A stretch of DNA of 44,390 nucleotides from Escherichia phage 590B: the sequence record MW722821.1; one strand, 5' to 3'. Below the pieces are notes generated by a model. That model saw only the letters and a list, made by a program, of their open reading frames with translations, ran no database searches and was not told the origin of the DNA. The translations under genes were made by a program, and so were the position numbers. This document shows positions 9,037 through 18,544 of this stretch, one piece after another. Numbering within the stretch: the stretch's first letter is position 1; the number at the start of each line of letters is the position of its first letter.

Positions 9037-9533
9037 GTTTTGCGCTTGACGTCTCTAAGTTCGTAGAAAAGGCGAAGAAGAACCCCGAGAAGGTGATGCG
9101 TCAGGTGTCTATCAAGCTGTTTTCCGCTATTATAAAGGCGAGTCCGGTAGATACCGGTCGCTTTCGTATGAACTGGATGGCGTCTGGCGGCATTCCTGCT
9201 TCTGGTACGAGTCGCGGTACCGACCCCAGCGGGGCGAACGCGATAAGCGCTATGGTTTCTACGGTGTCGGGTTTACCCGACTGGAGCGAGTTCACCCTGA
9301 CAAATAACCTGCCGTATGCGGAAGTTATAGAGTTCGGGGGATATGCAACTGGCTTCCACGGCCCTAAGCGCCCTTCTAACTTAGGCTCTAAATTTGTTGG
9401 CCCATTGAGGCCGAAAGCGCCCAGCAGAACAACCACAGACGGGTATTCCCTTCAGGCCCCGCAAGGTGTTGTCAGGGTTAACGTTCAGCGGTTCAATAAA
9501 CTGCTGGAAGAAGAAGCGAGGAAGTATAAATAA
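9033..9533 (+). CDS. HK97 gp10-like neck / tail-component protein
   Basis: Motif PVDTGRFRMNW resembles the conserved core of the HK97 gp10 family; ATGA overlap with upstream gene. Confidence 0.5.
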   Translation: MSFALDVSKFVEKAKKNPEKVMRQVSIKLFSAIIKASPVDTGRFRMNWMASGGIPASGTSRGTDPSGANAISAMVSTVSGLPDWSEFTLTNNLPYAEVIEFGGYATGFHGPKRPSNLGSKFVGPLRPKAPSRTTTDGYSLQAPQGVVRVNVQRFNKLLEEEARKYK

Positions 9534-9946
9534 TGGGCTACTTTGAGGACTTAACAAAAGCGTTTGATGTGCCGCTGGTAGCCTTCGGAACCACCAACGG
9601 CATCAAGGTAGCGCTTGAAAACATCGACGCGCCGACGTCAACAGATACGCCGTATCTGGCGAGTTACATGCTACTGGCAGATACCGAGCAGGCGGATTTG
9701 TTCTTCACTGAGCAACGCTCTGGTATTTATCAGGTAGACATTAACTACGCATCGTTGAAAGGTAGCGCGCCAATCAATAAAATGGCAGACTTACTTAACA
9801 CGGCGTTTAAAGCAGGTAAGTCATTTTCGCGTAACGACATCTGCGCCGAGGTTCAATCGGTTAGCCTGGGGCCGCTGATTGTAGAAAACGGATGGGCCAA
9901 ACGGCCATTGTCAATTAACTTTATAGCATTCACCAAGAGGCTGTGA
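9533..9946 (+). CDS. tail completion / terminator protein (putative)
   Basis: 137-aa ORF directly upstream of major tail protein; TAATG overlap; synteny only. Confidence 0.4.
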   Translation: MGYFEDLTKAFDVPLVAFGTTNGIKVALENIDAPTSTDTPYLASYMLLADTEQADLFFTEQRSGIYQVDINYASLKGSAPINKMADLLNTAFKAGKSFSRNDICAEVQSVSLGPLIVENGWAKRPLSINFIAFTKRL

Positions 9947-9948
9947 AT

Positions 9949-11115
9949 ATGGCTACAACTCCTTTTAAGGGCGCGAATACCGCGCAATTCTATGCGGCGG
10001 AAACTACCCCTGGCGTAACACCGACTAACCCGGTATGGTCGCCGTTGCGTAACACTGGCGGTGTTCCTGCCGTAACCCGCGATGCGCTGACTTCCAACGA
10101 ACTAGACGGCAGCCGTGAAACTACATCCATCCGAACCGGTAACAAACAGGTTAGCGGGGAGTACGCCATCGAACTTAGCTCTCGTAGCCAGGATGATTTC
10201 CTTGCGGGAGCGATGACTTCTACGTGGCAAGCTGGGGTAGAGATTACTGGCGCCGAAATTACGGTCGCCCCAGCAGGTAAAACATTCACCCGCGCTGCCG
10301 GTAGCTTCCTTACTGACGGTGTAGAAGTTGGCGACCTGATTGCGTTCACCGACTTAACCGGCGACAACGCAAAACCGTTTATCGTGACCGCGGTTTCCGC
10401 TCTGGTAGTTACGGGCGCAGGTATTCAGCACACGCTGACAGCAGAGACAGTAACCACTGACGCAAAAACTGGCGACAAGCTGGAAACCGGTAACGCGTGT
10501 AAGACGTTCTCCATCCTGACGTGGTTCAAGGGCCAGTGTGATAACCCGGACGCGTACATGCTGACCAAAGGTGTGGAAATCTCTGGCTTTACCGTAGAGC
10601 AGGCGGTTAACGCCATGGTCACCGGCAGCTTCCCGTTCATCGGCCTGAGTCAGGAGATTCTTACCGCGCCGCCGTCTGGCTCTGATTTCTCTCAGGTTAC
10701 GTTCACCGATGAGCCGTTCTCGTCGGTAGATGTGTCGGTGTTCGATGGCTCCACGCCGTTGCGTTGCGATACTCTCACCATCACCAACGACAACGGAGCT
10801 TCCGCGCAGTTCGAACTCGGTAACAGTAGCGTGGCGTTCGTCGAACGTGGACGCGCAGCTAACACATTCTCTATCTCTGGCAAGCTGTACGACATGGCGA
10901 TGATTCAGAAGTTTATCAACGAGCAGCAGGTAGAGATTAACTCTATTCTGGCGGGGGTAAACGGGGCTATGTCTTTCAGTTTGAAACGCGCAGAGCTTAC
11001 AGCAGTAACACCAGAGATTGGCGGACCCGAGTCAATCACTCAGTCCATTGAGGGGCAGGCCACCGGCAACCAGTACCAGTCGTCTATCGTAATTCAACGT
11101 ATCACCTACGCATAA
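9949..11115 (+). CDS. major tail protein
   Basis: 389-aa Thr/Gly/Ser-rich ORF; ATG 9949 with AAGAGG SD 8 nt upstream (track start 9943 is GTG); followed by strong terminator. Confidence 0.55.
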   Translation: MATTPFKGANTAQFYAAETTPGVTPTNPVWSPLRNTGGVPAVTRDALTSNELDGSRETTSIRTGNKQVSGEYAIELSSRSQDDFLAGAMTSTWQAGVEITGAEITVAPAGKTFTRAAGSFLTDGVEVGDLIAFTDLTGDNAKPFIVTAVSALVVTGAGIQHTLTAETVTTDAKTGDKLETGNACKTFSILTWFKGQCDNPDAYMLTKGVEISGFTVEQAVNAMVTGSFPFIGLSQEILTAPPSGSDFSQVTFTDEPFSSVDVSVFDGSTPLRCDTLTITNDNGASAQFELGNSSVAFVERGRAANTFSISGKLYDMAMIQKFINEQQVEINSILAGVNGAMSFSLKRAELTAVTPEIGGPESITQSIEGQATGNQYQSSIVIQRITYA

Positions 11116-11118
11116 AAC

Positions 11119-11147
11119 TAAGGCCCCTTTCGGGGCCTTTTTCTTAC
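11119..11147. terminator. rho-independent terminator (bidirectional) after major tail gene
   Basis: AAGGCCCC-TTTC-GGGGCCTT followed by TTTTTCTT; also closes the minus-strand cassette. Confidence 0.65.
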
Positions 11148-11374
11148 TCATCAATATTGCTTCGGTATTCCCGTAACTTCTCCAGACTTTCAATTGCTTC
11201 CGCTAAGTCGGTTCCGGTGTCCTTGTGTCCGCGCAAGCCCATGCACAATAGCTTCTTCAATGCGTGCTGTAGCGCCGGGTCGCGTATATCGAAGGCGCGG
11301 AGCACATCATAAACGTCTACTGTCATAGTGCTGCCATGAGTGTTTGTCATTGTGCGGTTGTATTTTGAAGTCAT
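11144..11374 (-). CDS. hypothetical protein (last gene of opposite-strand cassette)
   Basis: 76-aa ORF; ATG 11374 with GGGGAG SD; ends at the bidirectional terminator. Confidence 0.5.
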   Translation of the reverse strand: MTSKYNRTMTNTHGSTMTVDVYDVLRAFDIRDPALQHALKKLLCMGLRGHKDTGTDLAEAIESLEKLREYRSNIDE

Positions 11375-11387
11375 AAATCAATCTCCC

Positions 11388-11858
11388 CTACTCATGGTTT
11401 TCATGGAAACCGTATTTACTCTCAGCGGCTTTACGCGCGGCAACCGCTACATCAAAATCATCGTAAAGCCCTAAATGCACTTGTTTGTAGTTAACTTTTA
11501 TAAACGCGCGCCACTTACCCGCGGCTTTGTGGAAACTTACACCTGTAGCCCCGGATTTATTTATCTTTCTCATAGTTTTATTTTTACTGTTCCCTGTATT
11601 GTCGGTGGCGCGTAGATTTTCTATTCTATTGTCTAGCCTGTTATGGTTTATGTGGTCTATTTGAATTTTCCTGTCTAAGTCACATTTATTATAAAGACAC
11701 CATGCTATGCGGTGGACATACACTGTTTTGCCACCCATACCGCAGCACAGATAGCCTCTTACACCAACCGTACCAACCTCAGCACCAGTAGATATCCTGG
11801 TAACCTGCCCAGTATCAGGGCAGTATTTAAATTGTTTTGAAACATCAAGGTACTTCAT
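11388..11858 (-). CDS. HNH homing endonuclease with AP2-like DNA-binding domain
   Basis: HNH core YVHRIAWCLY...IDHINHNRLDNRIENL followed by an AP2-like segment GVSFHKAAGKWRAFIKV...LGLYDDFDVAVAARKAA. Confidence 0.7.
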   Translation of the reverse strand: MKYLDVSKQFKYCPDTGQVTRISTGAEVGTVGVRGYLCCGMGGKTVYVHRIAWCLYNKCDLDRKIQIDHINHNRLDNRIENLRATDNTGNSKNKTMRKINKSGATGVSFHKAAGKWRAFIKVNYKQVHLGLYDDFDVAVAARKAAESKYGFHENHE

Positions 11859-12985
11859 CTTAGCATCTCCGGTGAGATTGAAAGCCTACCTACTTCCCCG
11901 AACTCTGAACTATAGGTTATGACGTTAGCGGACCTCTTAGACATCCACCCACCGCGGGAAGCATATGCATCTTTCGCCGCGAGAGTGCGATGTTGTTCCA
12001 CTACCATATTCCTACTTTCTACAATCTTTTGATGGTGGAGATGACCGACGTGTGCATAACTGTACTCGCTTTCGCCAAATGCTTTTCTGAACTTAGCTAT
12101 CATAATGGGTTCGACCACCTCAAACCGGCATTTATGCCCGTGTGTAAAGAACAACGTCGTTTTGCCGTGCTGCACCATCTTGTAAACATCCGGCGACGTA
12201 TCGACGAACACACGAGGCTCGTTGTCGTATAGCGTACTGAACATCTCAGCTAACCAAATCATTCCGCTTTCGTCGTGGTTCCCTTGCACGATAAGCAAGC
12301 GAACAGTTTTATGCTTAACAAGGGCCATATCGACAACACGGCGGACCATACGAATCATGTAGCGAACCAGTTTCTGGTAGCGCGTGTCCGCATCGAGAAC
12401 ATGACCACTTGCCGGGGTAACGGCGTCCAGACTATCGAAGTGTGCAAGGTCGCCAAGCAGGTTAATAACTCCTGTTCCTGCATCCGGTGCTTTCTGAAAC
12501 GCCGCGTCGAACCACCGAGAGAACAGGTCTTCTGCAATCTTCATGTCCCAGTCGTCGCCGCTCTCATCGGCCCATGCCAGCATACCGAGATGGAAATCAG
12601 ATACCGTGTAAAGATTGAGTAGTTTATCGTCACGTTTGGCTCGTGCCGGTTTAACAGGCGCAACGGGCGTAATCTCTGACTTCATGCCCTCTATTACGGC
12701 TTTCATCAATTCAACCTGACGTTCGGCATCAGCGTCGGTCTTAACCCATTGCAACTTAGTGTTGCCGAACTCGTCCACCAGGGACGACGTTCCTTTAATC
12801 TTGTAACCGTCTGGTACAAGGTGACTAACGTCGCGCCCGTGGCCTACGCCTTTCTTAGCCAGCTTCGCTTTACGGATACGAATAACTCGGTCTGAGATGC
12901 CGTATTTACGGGCGATATCGATATTCTTCATCCCGGCGTTCAATTCTTCCTGTAACTGTTCGTCGGTTATTTTCTTCTGGGCCAT
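11855..12985 (-). CDS. calcineurin-like metallophosphoesterase (Mre11/SbcD-like motifs) with N-terminal HTH domain
   Basis: Motifs SDFHLG (DxH), GDLAHFD, GNHDE, THGH, GHLHH in canonical order; N-terminal DIARKYGISDRVIRIRKAKL resembles an HTH; GAGGAAG SD; ATGA overlap with HNH gene. Confidence 0.65.
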   Translation of the reverse strand: MAQKKITDEQLQEELNAGMKNIDIARKYGISDRVIRIRKAKLAKKGVGHGRDVSHLVPDGYKIKGTSSLVDEFGNTKLQWVKTDADAERQVELMKAVIEGMKSEITPVAPVKPARAKRDDKLLNLYTVSDFHLGMLAWADESGDDWDMKIAEDLFSRWFDAAFQKAPDAGTGVINLLGDLAHFDSLDAVTPASGHVLDADTRYQKLVRYMIRMVRRVVDMALVKHKTVRLLIVQGNHDESGMIWLAEMFSTLYDNEPRVFVDTSPDVYKMVQHGKTTLFFTHGHKCRFEVVEPIMIAKFRKAFGESEYSYAHVGHLHHQKIVESRNMVVEQHRTLAAKDAYASRGGWMSKRSANVITYSSEFGEVGRLSISPEMLR

Positions 12986-13050
12986 GCTTACTTCCTCGTG
13001 TTTAGGATTTGTCCTATTTAACCACAGTGGATTCCTTTAAATAAAGGCGA

Positions 13051-13377
13051 CTATTTACTTTCCGCGCCTATCGCCCACCCGGTCATTACCATTTGCAGAC
13101 GGGTGGCTGTCAGTAGGCTATAGAAAGCATCTCCGTTTTTCTCTACCGAACGTATCACTGTGTAGGTTACGGCCTGCGGGGGTAGGCCCGATTTACCAAC
13201 CTCCACGGCGGCCTCACACTCGCGAACTGTAGAGTCCTTGAACGCCTTTACAATAGTAGGGTCGGCTTTCTCGAGCACACCAGAAGTCATAAGAACGGAT
13301 TCACTAAATACCTGTTCACACGGGACCCCAAAAGTAGCAAAAGACATAAACCCCAGAGCTAATACTAGTTTACGCAT
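13051..13377 (-). CDS. hypothetical secreted protein (signal peptide, no lipobox)
   Basis: N-terminal MRKLVLALGFMSFATFG hydrophobic signal-like segment; GAGGAA SD; own promoter at 13403-13434. Confidence 0.55.
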   Translation of the reverse strand: MRKLVLALGFMSFATFGVPCEQVFSESVLMTSGVLEKADPTIVKAFKDSTVRECEAAVEVGKSGLPPQAVTYTVIRSVEKNGDAFYSLLTATRLQMVMTGWAIGAESK

Positions 13378-13402
13378 AATTATTTCCTCAGTAAGTTACA
13401 TG

Positions 13403-13434
13403 TGAATAGTACCCTATTATATTGGGGTGTGCAA
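13403..13434 (-). promoter_or_regulatory. sigma70-type promoter (TTGCAC-N17-TACTAT), family A
   Basis: Identical 32-bp element to 3921-3952; upstream of gene 13051-13377. Confidence 0.6.
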
Positions 13435-13541
13435 GTAGTGTGCTAGAATAATTTTGCGCCTAGTGTCGCACACGAAAAGCGGGTGGTTCCCGTCTGGCGC
13501 GTCAACCTTAACCAGTAACCTCTTAACCAAAGGATTAAAGA

Positions 13542-13958
13542 ATGAAACTTTCTGATTTCTATTTTGCCGACCGCCACGCCGCCGGTACTAAAATGCCTAT
13601 CCTTCTGCCCAGTGGTAAAGATTCCGGTGAATGGTTGCAGGTCATCGGCCCCGATTGTGACGCTGGTGTTCGTGCGGGCCGTGCCTACACAACGGCAATT
13701 CGACGCCTTACGGAAGAACTTGCGCCATTAGATAAAGAGTGCGAGGCGCTGAATAACTGGGCGCGCTATAATGATGAGAAGGGCTGGCGGGTGATGGACC
13801 TGAACAAGCAGCTTGCCGTGGAAATCGTCACCGGTTGGTCATTCGACGAACCATTCAGCAAAGAGGCGCTTGCTAACCTGTTCGACCAGTACAGTGGGTT
13901 GGCAGAGGCCGTAGTTAAGCATCACACCGATAGCCGTGAGAAACTCTCGGAAAAGTAA
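13542..13958 (+). CDS. tail assembly chaperone (gpG-like, putative)
   Basis: 138-aa acidic ORF immediately upstream of the tape measure gene; AAAGGA SD; synteny-based. Confidence 0.45.
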   Translation: MKLSDFYFADRHAAGTKMPILLPSGKDSGEWLQVIGPDCDAGVRAGRAYTTAIRRLTEELAPLDKECEALNNWARYNDEKGWRVMDLNKQLAVEIVTGWSFDEPFSKEALANLFDQYSGLAEAVVKHHTDSREKLSEK

Positions 13959-14320
13959 AAGCGCTGTATGAATTTGCGCAATGGTGCTTTGTCGACCGCC
14001 ACAAACGTAAGCAATTCGACGACATCGCGGCGGGCCACCAGGCGGCTTTGATTGCAATGGGCGTGATTAAAGAACCGCAGATGAAAGAAGCGACGGGGCC
14101 GGAATGCCCCGTTTCTCTTATCGACGTGTTCGAGAAATACCGTGCCATTAAATTCCTACAGCGCGAAACAGATGATACTATCGTTATAATCCCGCGCGAT
14201 GCGCTCAAATGGCAAGATTTGGTAGCGTTTCGTGATGTCGCCGGTTACGGCATAAGTTTGTTCGAAGCCGAGGTTATCATGGGCTTAGACGGAATATTTG
14301 AGGGCAGAGAAGATGGCTGA
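13940..14320 (+). CDS. putative -1 frameshift extension of tail assembly chaperone (gpGT-like)
   Basis: The -1 frame is open from 13940 and overlaps the last 19 nt of the upstream ORF across an A-rich stretch CGGAAAAGTAAAAG; ends 14320 inside the tape measure start region. Slippery site not canonical. Confidence 0.35.
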   Translation, partial: ETLGKVKALYEFAQWCFVDRHKRKQFDDIAAGHQAALIAMGVIKEPQMKEATGPECPVSLIDVFEKYRAIKFLQRETDDTIVIIPRDALKWQDLVAFRDVAGYGISLFEAEVIMGLDGIFEGREDG

Positions 14321-16625
14321 TACGGCTTCCCTAATTGCCAGAGTAAAAACAGAAGGCGCTGATGTAGCCGCTAAACAGCTTGACGCTATGGCGGCATCCG
14401 CAGACCGTGCGGACACATCCGTAAACAAACTAACGCCGGATGTTAATAAAGTAAACTCCGCTACGTCTAAAGCGGCTTCTGACGGTTTCGCTAAATTCCG
14501 TAACGCCGCCGGGCAGGTAGGCTTCCAGGTGCAGGACATGGTCGTCCAGTTGCAGTCCGGCACGTCTGCATTCGTAGCAATCGGGCAACAAGGCTCTCAG
14601 CTTGCGGGTGCTTTCGGCCCTGGTGGCGCGGTGCTTGGGGCCGTAATTGCTCTTGCGTCAGCAATCGGTGGTGTCCTGTATAAATCGCTAACCGAAGCAG
14701 AAGGCAGTTCAAAAGACCTCGAAGCCGCACAGAAACAGTTAAAAGATACTTTCCAACAAACGGCATCTGGCTCCCTCGAACTGACAGACGGCCTTATCCA
14801 GCTTACCCAAATCAGCAGAGAAGCGGCGGAGACTCAGCTCGCTTTGGCTAAGGCTAACGCTGACCTTATCGCACAGCAAACAGCTAAAGCTGTTCGTGAG
14901 GACGCGGAATCATGGGAAACATGGAAAGCCTCCACAGCATCAGCTATTAGCCAGTATGATGCGCTGGTGTCTAAGGGTGCAGATGTAGGCGACACATTAG
15001 AAAAACTCGGCGGCACTTACGAGGGTAACATCGTAGGCGTAAACATGCTGGCGCAGAATATCGCGGAGCTTAGCAGTAAGTTCGGGGTTAACCGCGACCA
15101 GGCGCTGGAGATGATAGCGGCGCAGAGTGCGTTTAACAAAGAACCAACCGCGGAGAATGCCCGCCGCATCGCCGATGTGTTTACCGACTGGCTGGGTAAC
15201 ACAAAACAGCTGAACCCGGAGCTTATCCGCCTGACCGACAATGCCAACAAGAACGCCACGGCACTGGAGAACGCGGAGAAGTCGGCAAACGCGGCGGCGG
15301 AGGCCCAAAAGAATCTCGGCCGTAACGTCAACTCAACCACGCAGAGATTCCAGGAACAGAACGACGCCATCGTCAAAAACCAGCAAATTGCCATCTTAAG
15401 CGACCGTGAGCGCATCCGGGCGCAAGCTGAACTCGATAAACAGGCGTTCGCTAAACGTGAAGCTGTCACCAAAGAACAGATAGCCGCGTATAATGCCGCT
15501 CGCGACACGGAAGCTCAGCAAGACATCGCCCGCATTGACAAGACCGAGAAAGAGAAGGCAGACCGCGAGGCTAAATCGAACGAGGAACGGCTGGCGGCAC
15601 AAGCCAAACGCGAAGAAATGGCGGCTGAACGACAGAAAAAAGCGGCGGAAGATTTCCTGGCTACTGTCGACCGCACAACCGGAGATGAGATTTCGCGCAT
15701 TACCGCTGCGGAAGAACAGAAACTGGCGAAACTGGAGGAGTTCAACCGCGCCGGAACGATAAGCCAGCAGCAGTATGAAAACGCCAAAACTCAAATTATG
15801 CTCACAGCCGAGCAGGCCAGACAGGAAGAACTGGATAAGAAAAGAAAAGAGCAGCAGGAAAAGCAGCAGAAAGGCGAGGACTTCATGGCACAGATTATGG
15901 GTCAGAACGCTACTGAGCTTGAGCTTCTCGACATCCAGGAACAGCAGAAACTGGAGGTAGCGGATAAGTACCGTGAGCGGGGGCTTATTAGTGAGAAGCA
16001 GTACCAGGCGGCGCTTAACGCCATCAATGAGCAGTATGCTACGAAGCGTGCCGACGCAACGGCAACCGCCTTCGGTAACATGGCTTCAAACATCGGTTCG
16101 GCTTTGGGCGAGGCTTCTGGCGCGTATAAGGCATTCGCTATCGTACAGGCCACTATCGCCACGTACACCGCGGCTATCGAGGCGTACAAGTCCACAGCGG
16201 CTATCCCCGTAGTTGGTCCGTTCCTGGCTCCTGTAGCTGCCGCCGCTGCCGTTGGGGCGGGTATGGCGCAGATTTCCGCTATCAGGTCCGCACGTGAACA
16301 GGGCGGACAGTTATCAGCCGGGCAGGCTTCCACCATCGCTGAACGTGGTAAACCAGAAGTTATCATGCCCGCTGGTGCGTCACGTGTACGCACCGCACAG
16401 CAGATGAAAGAAATTATGGGGCAAAACGGGTCTTCTTCCGGCCCATCTAATGTTACCATTGTAAATAATACATCGAGTCAGATTGGCAACGTATCCACTG
16501 AGCAAGATGATGAAGGCCGTCTGCGTATCATCATAGAAGAGCAAGTTGCTGCATCTTTGCAGAACAGCAACAGTAAGATTAGCAAGGCCCGCAAGGCCAC
16601 AAGAAACGCGCCGGGGTTTAAATAA
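14313..16625 (+). CDS. tail tape measure protein
   Basis: 770-aa Ala/Gln/Glu/Lys-rich coiled-coil protein with hydrophobic Gly/Ala-rich segment near the C-terminus, downstream of chaperone genes. Confidence 0.75.
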   Translation: MADTASLIARVKTEGADVAAKQLDAMAASADRADTSVNKLTPDVNKVNSATSKAASDGFAKFRNAAGQVGFQVQDMVVQLQSGTSAFVAIGQQGSQLAGAFGPGGAVLGAVIALASAIGGVLYKSLTEAEGSSKDLEAAQKQLKDTFQQTASGSLELTDGLIQLTQISREAAETQLALAKANADLIAQQTAKAVREDAESWETWKASTASAISQYDALVSKGADVGDTLEKLGGTYEGNIVGVNMLAQNIAELSSKFGVNRDQALEMIAAQSAFNKEPTAENARRIADVFTDWLGNTKQLNPELIRLTDNANKNATALENAEKSANAAAEAQKNLGRNVNSTTQRFQEQNDAIVKNQQIAILSDRERIRAQAELDKQAFAKREAVTKEQIAAYNAARDTEAQQDIARIDKTEKEKADREAKSNEERLAAQAKREEMAAERQKKAAEDFLATVDRTTGDEISRITAAEEQKLAKLEEFNRAGTISQQQYENAKTQIMLTAEQARQEELDKKRKEQQEKQQKGEDFMAQIMGQNATELELLDIQEQQKLEVADKYRERGLISEKQYQAALNAINEQYATKRADATATAFGNMASNIGSALGEASGAYKAFAIVQATIATYTAAIEAYKSTAAIPVVGPFLAPVAAAAAVGAGMAQISAIRSAREQGGQLSAGQASTIAERGKPEVIMPAGASRVRTAQQMKEIMGQNGSSSGPSNVTIVNNTSSQIGNVSTEQDDEGRLRIIIEEQVAASLQNSNSKISKARKATRNAPGFK

Positions 16626-18025
16626 TGAGCGACTTATATTTCCCACGTAGCCTTAAGCCGGTGGTATCGAAAGGCTACTCAATGACCAGACGCAACAACG
16701 TCTGGAGTGTAGATTTAGCCGGTGGCGGAGTGCGTCAAGGCCGTGACACGTATTATGATGTGTTCCCAATAAGCGTAACCCTGATTACATCTGCACTAGG
16801 GCGACAGGCGTTCCTGTCGTTCCTTGAGAAAGTGGACGGCGGCGCGTCAAGTTTCTGGATGGCGCATGACTTCGGCATGGGTATTGAAGATTATCAGGTA
16901 ACCATCACGTCCACCATCGCGGAGTCCACCGAAGACGGCATTAACTGGACGATTACTTTCACGGCAACCGCCGAGAAATCCCCGTTCCAGGACCTCGAGA
17001 ACCAGTGTCTTGTCAATAATCTGCCGGATTTGTATGGTTGCTATGGTGACGGGCTGGGGTGTTTCCTTAAAGCCTACGGAACCGCGCAATCAACGTTTCC
17101 ACGAATCTGGAGTAATGAAGGCCCTGCCGGATATCCGCCGATTAACCTTCTGGCGTCGACTCTTGATAGCCGCATTGTGTATGAAGGGCCGCAGGTTTAT
17201 TACATCAACCGCAACGGCAATCTTGTGCAGTCCGCCACTAATGAATGGCCTCTTACGTTTATTGACGGAACTGCAGTTGGGCGTGTGCCGCCGGAAAAGG
17301 CTGCTACCAATGTGGTAGAACATTCTAACAACTTACTATCTACATCATTTTCACGTGCCAGAACAACAACCACGGCGAGTTCTTTGGCGTTATTCCAAGA
17401 AACTTATGCTGCTAAATTAACCGCAACGTCGGTATCAGGTAACCATTATATAAACAAGGCAGAGGCCCCAGAACAAGAAACAAGATACTCTATTAGTGCT
17501 ATTATAAAAGCAGATGAGTACCAGTCGGCAGCGGTAGCCATCGGCAACCGAGCCGCTTTAGATAATTTCCAGTATGCCTATGTTGACTTAGCCTCCGGCT
17601 ATTTGATATCAGGCGACACCTCAAGGTCGTTCGTAAGCAATCTTGGTGGTGGGTGGTATCACGTTTCAATGTCAGCGGACACTAACGACTCCGGCGGATT
17701 GATTTATTCGCAGATAAACATGTTGTCTCCGTCTAACTCCCTCACCTTCACAGGGGATGATGTCAGTGGGTTCATTATAGCCCTAATCCAGATGGAGCCT
17801 TCAGAGTTTGCCTCCTCCCCGATAGTGACCGAGGAGTCACCGGTAACTCGTCCAACGGCATCGGCAAAAGTAGCAATGAACGGCGCGACAAGCATCGACA
17901 TTACCTATTCCGACGGCTCTGTGGTAAACGTTCTGGCGGCAGATGATTACGCAACCATCCCGCAGGCTGATTCCGCGTGGGGTAGCAAGTACATCACTCG
18001 TATTGATTTTAATGTGGACGGTTAA
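16625..18025 (+). CDS. minor tail protein (distal tail protein-like, putative)
   Basis: 466-aa ORF directly after tape measure (ATG overlaps its stop); position typical of distal tail protein. Confidence 0.45.
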   Translation: MSDLYFPRSLKPVVSKGYSMTRRNNVWSVDLAGGGVRQGRDTYYDVFPISVTLITSALGRQAFLSFLEKVDGGASSFWMAHDFGMGIEDYQVTITSTIAESTEDGINWTITFTATAEKSPFQDLENQCLVNNLPDLYGCYGDGLGCFLKAYGTAQSTFPRIWSNEGPAGYPPINLLASTLDSRIVYEGPQVYYINRNGNLVQSATNEWPLTFIDGTAVGRVPPEKAATNVVEHSNNLLSTSFSRARTTTTASSLALFQETYAAKLTATSVSGNHYINKAEAPEQETRYSISAIIKADEYQSAAVAIGNRAALDNFQYAYVDLASGYLISGDTSRSFVSNLGGGWYHVSMSADTNDSGGLIYSQINMLSPSNSLTFTGDDVSGFIIALIQMEPSEFASSPIVTEESPVTRPTASAKVAMNGATSIDITYSDGSVVNVLAADDYATIPQADSAWGSKYITRIDFNVDG

Positions 18026-18028
18026 TTT

Positions 18029-18544
18029 ATGAGCCAGGAATCTGTAGAAGCCGCCTATCGCCGTAAGCTGGCCTCAAATCCCGACGGCGAGATGGACTAC
18101 ATCACGTTGCAAATCAGCCACCCGTTGTTGTCAAAGACGTACTATCTTGTTCGTGGGCTACAGGAACTCACGGCAACACTGGAGACAGGCGAAATTATCA
18201 CGTTCGAGCCAACCCCGATGGAGGCGTCGGGGGCGGCTAACAACAGTGATATGGACCAGACGACTACGTTTACTTTACCGGATATTCTCAATCAACTTGA
18301 CGATGAGATGGATAAAATCCCTATGAGTAACACCGAGTTGCCGAAGTTCGTCTTCCGTCGTTACGTCAGCACAGACCTGTCTTATCCGGCTGACGGTCCT
18401 GTCATGTATGAGTTGCAGGCCATCAACCAGGAGAAGGGCGAGTTCTCCGCGGATGTTGGTACACCTATGCTGAACCAGCGAAGCACTGGTATACTGATGA
18501 CACCTAAAGAGATACCGTTATTACGCGGCCTGTTGACCACATGA
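18029..18544 (+). CDS. minor tail protein (putative)
   Basis: 171-aa ORF in the tail-tip gene block; synteny only. Confidence 0.4.
   Translation: MSQESVEAAYRRKLASNPDGEMDYITLQISHPLLSKTYYLVRGLQELTATLETGEIITFEPTPMEASGAANNSDMDQTTTFTLPDILNQLDDEMDKIPMSNTELPKFVFRRYVSTDLSYPADGPVMYELQAINQEKGEFSADVGTPMLNQRSTGILMTPKEIPLLRGLLTT

Noticed and set aside
15017-16459. Several 100-185-aa minus-strand ORFs inside the tape measure gene
   Set aside because: Antisense to a long Ala/Glu-rich gene, which generates spurious open frames (Ser/Cys/Arg-rich); no start-site signals.
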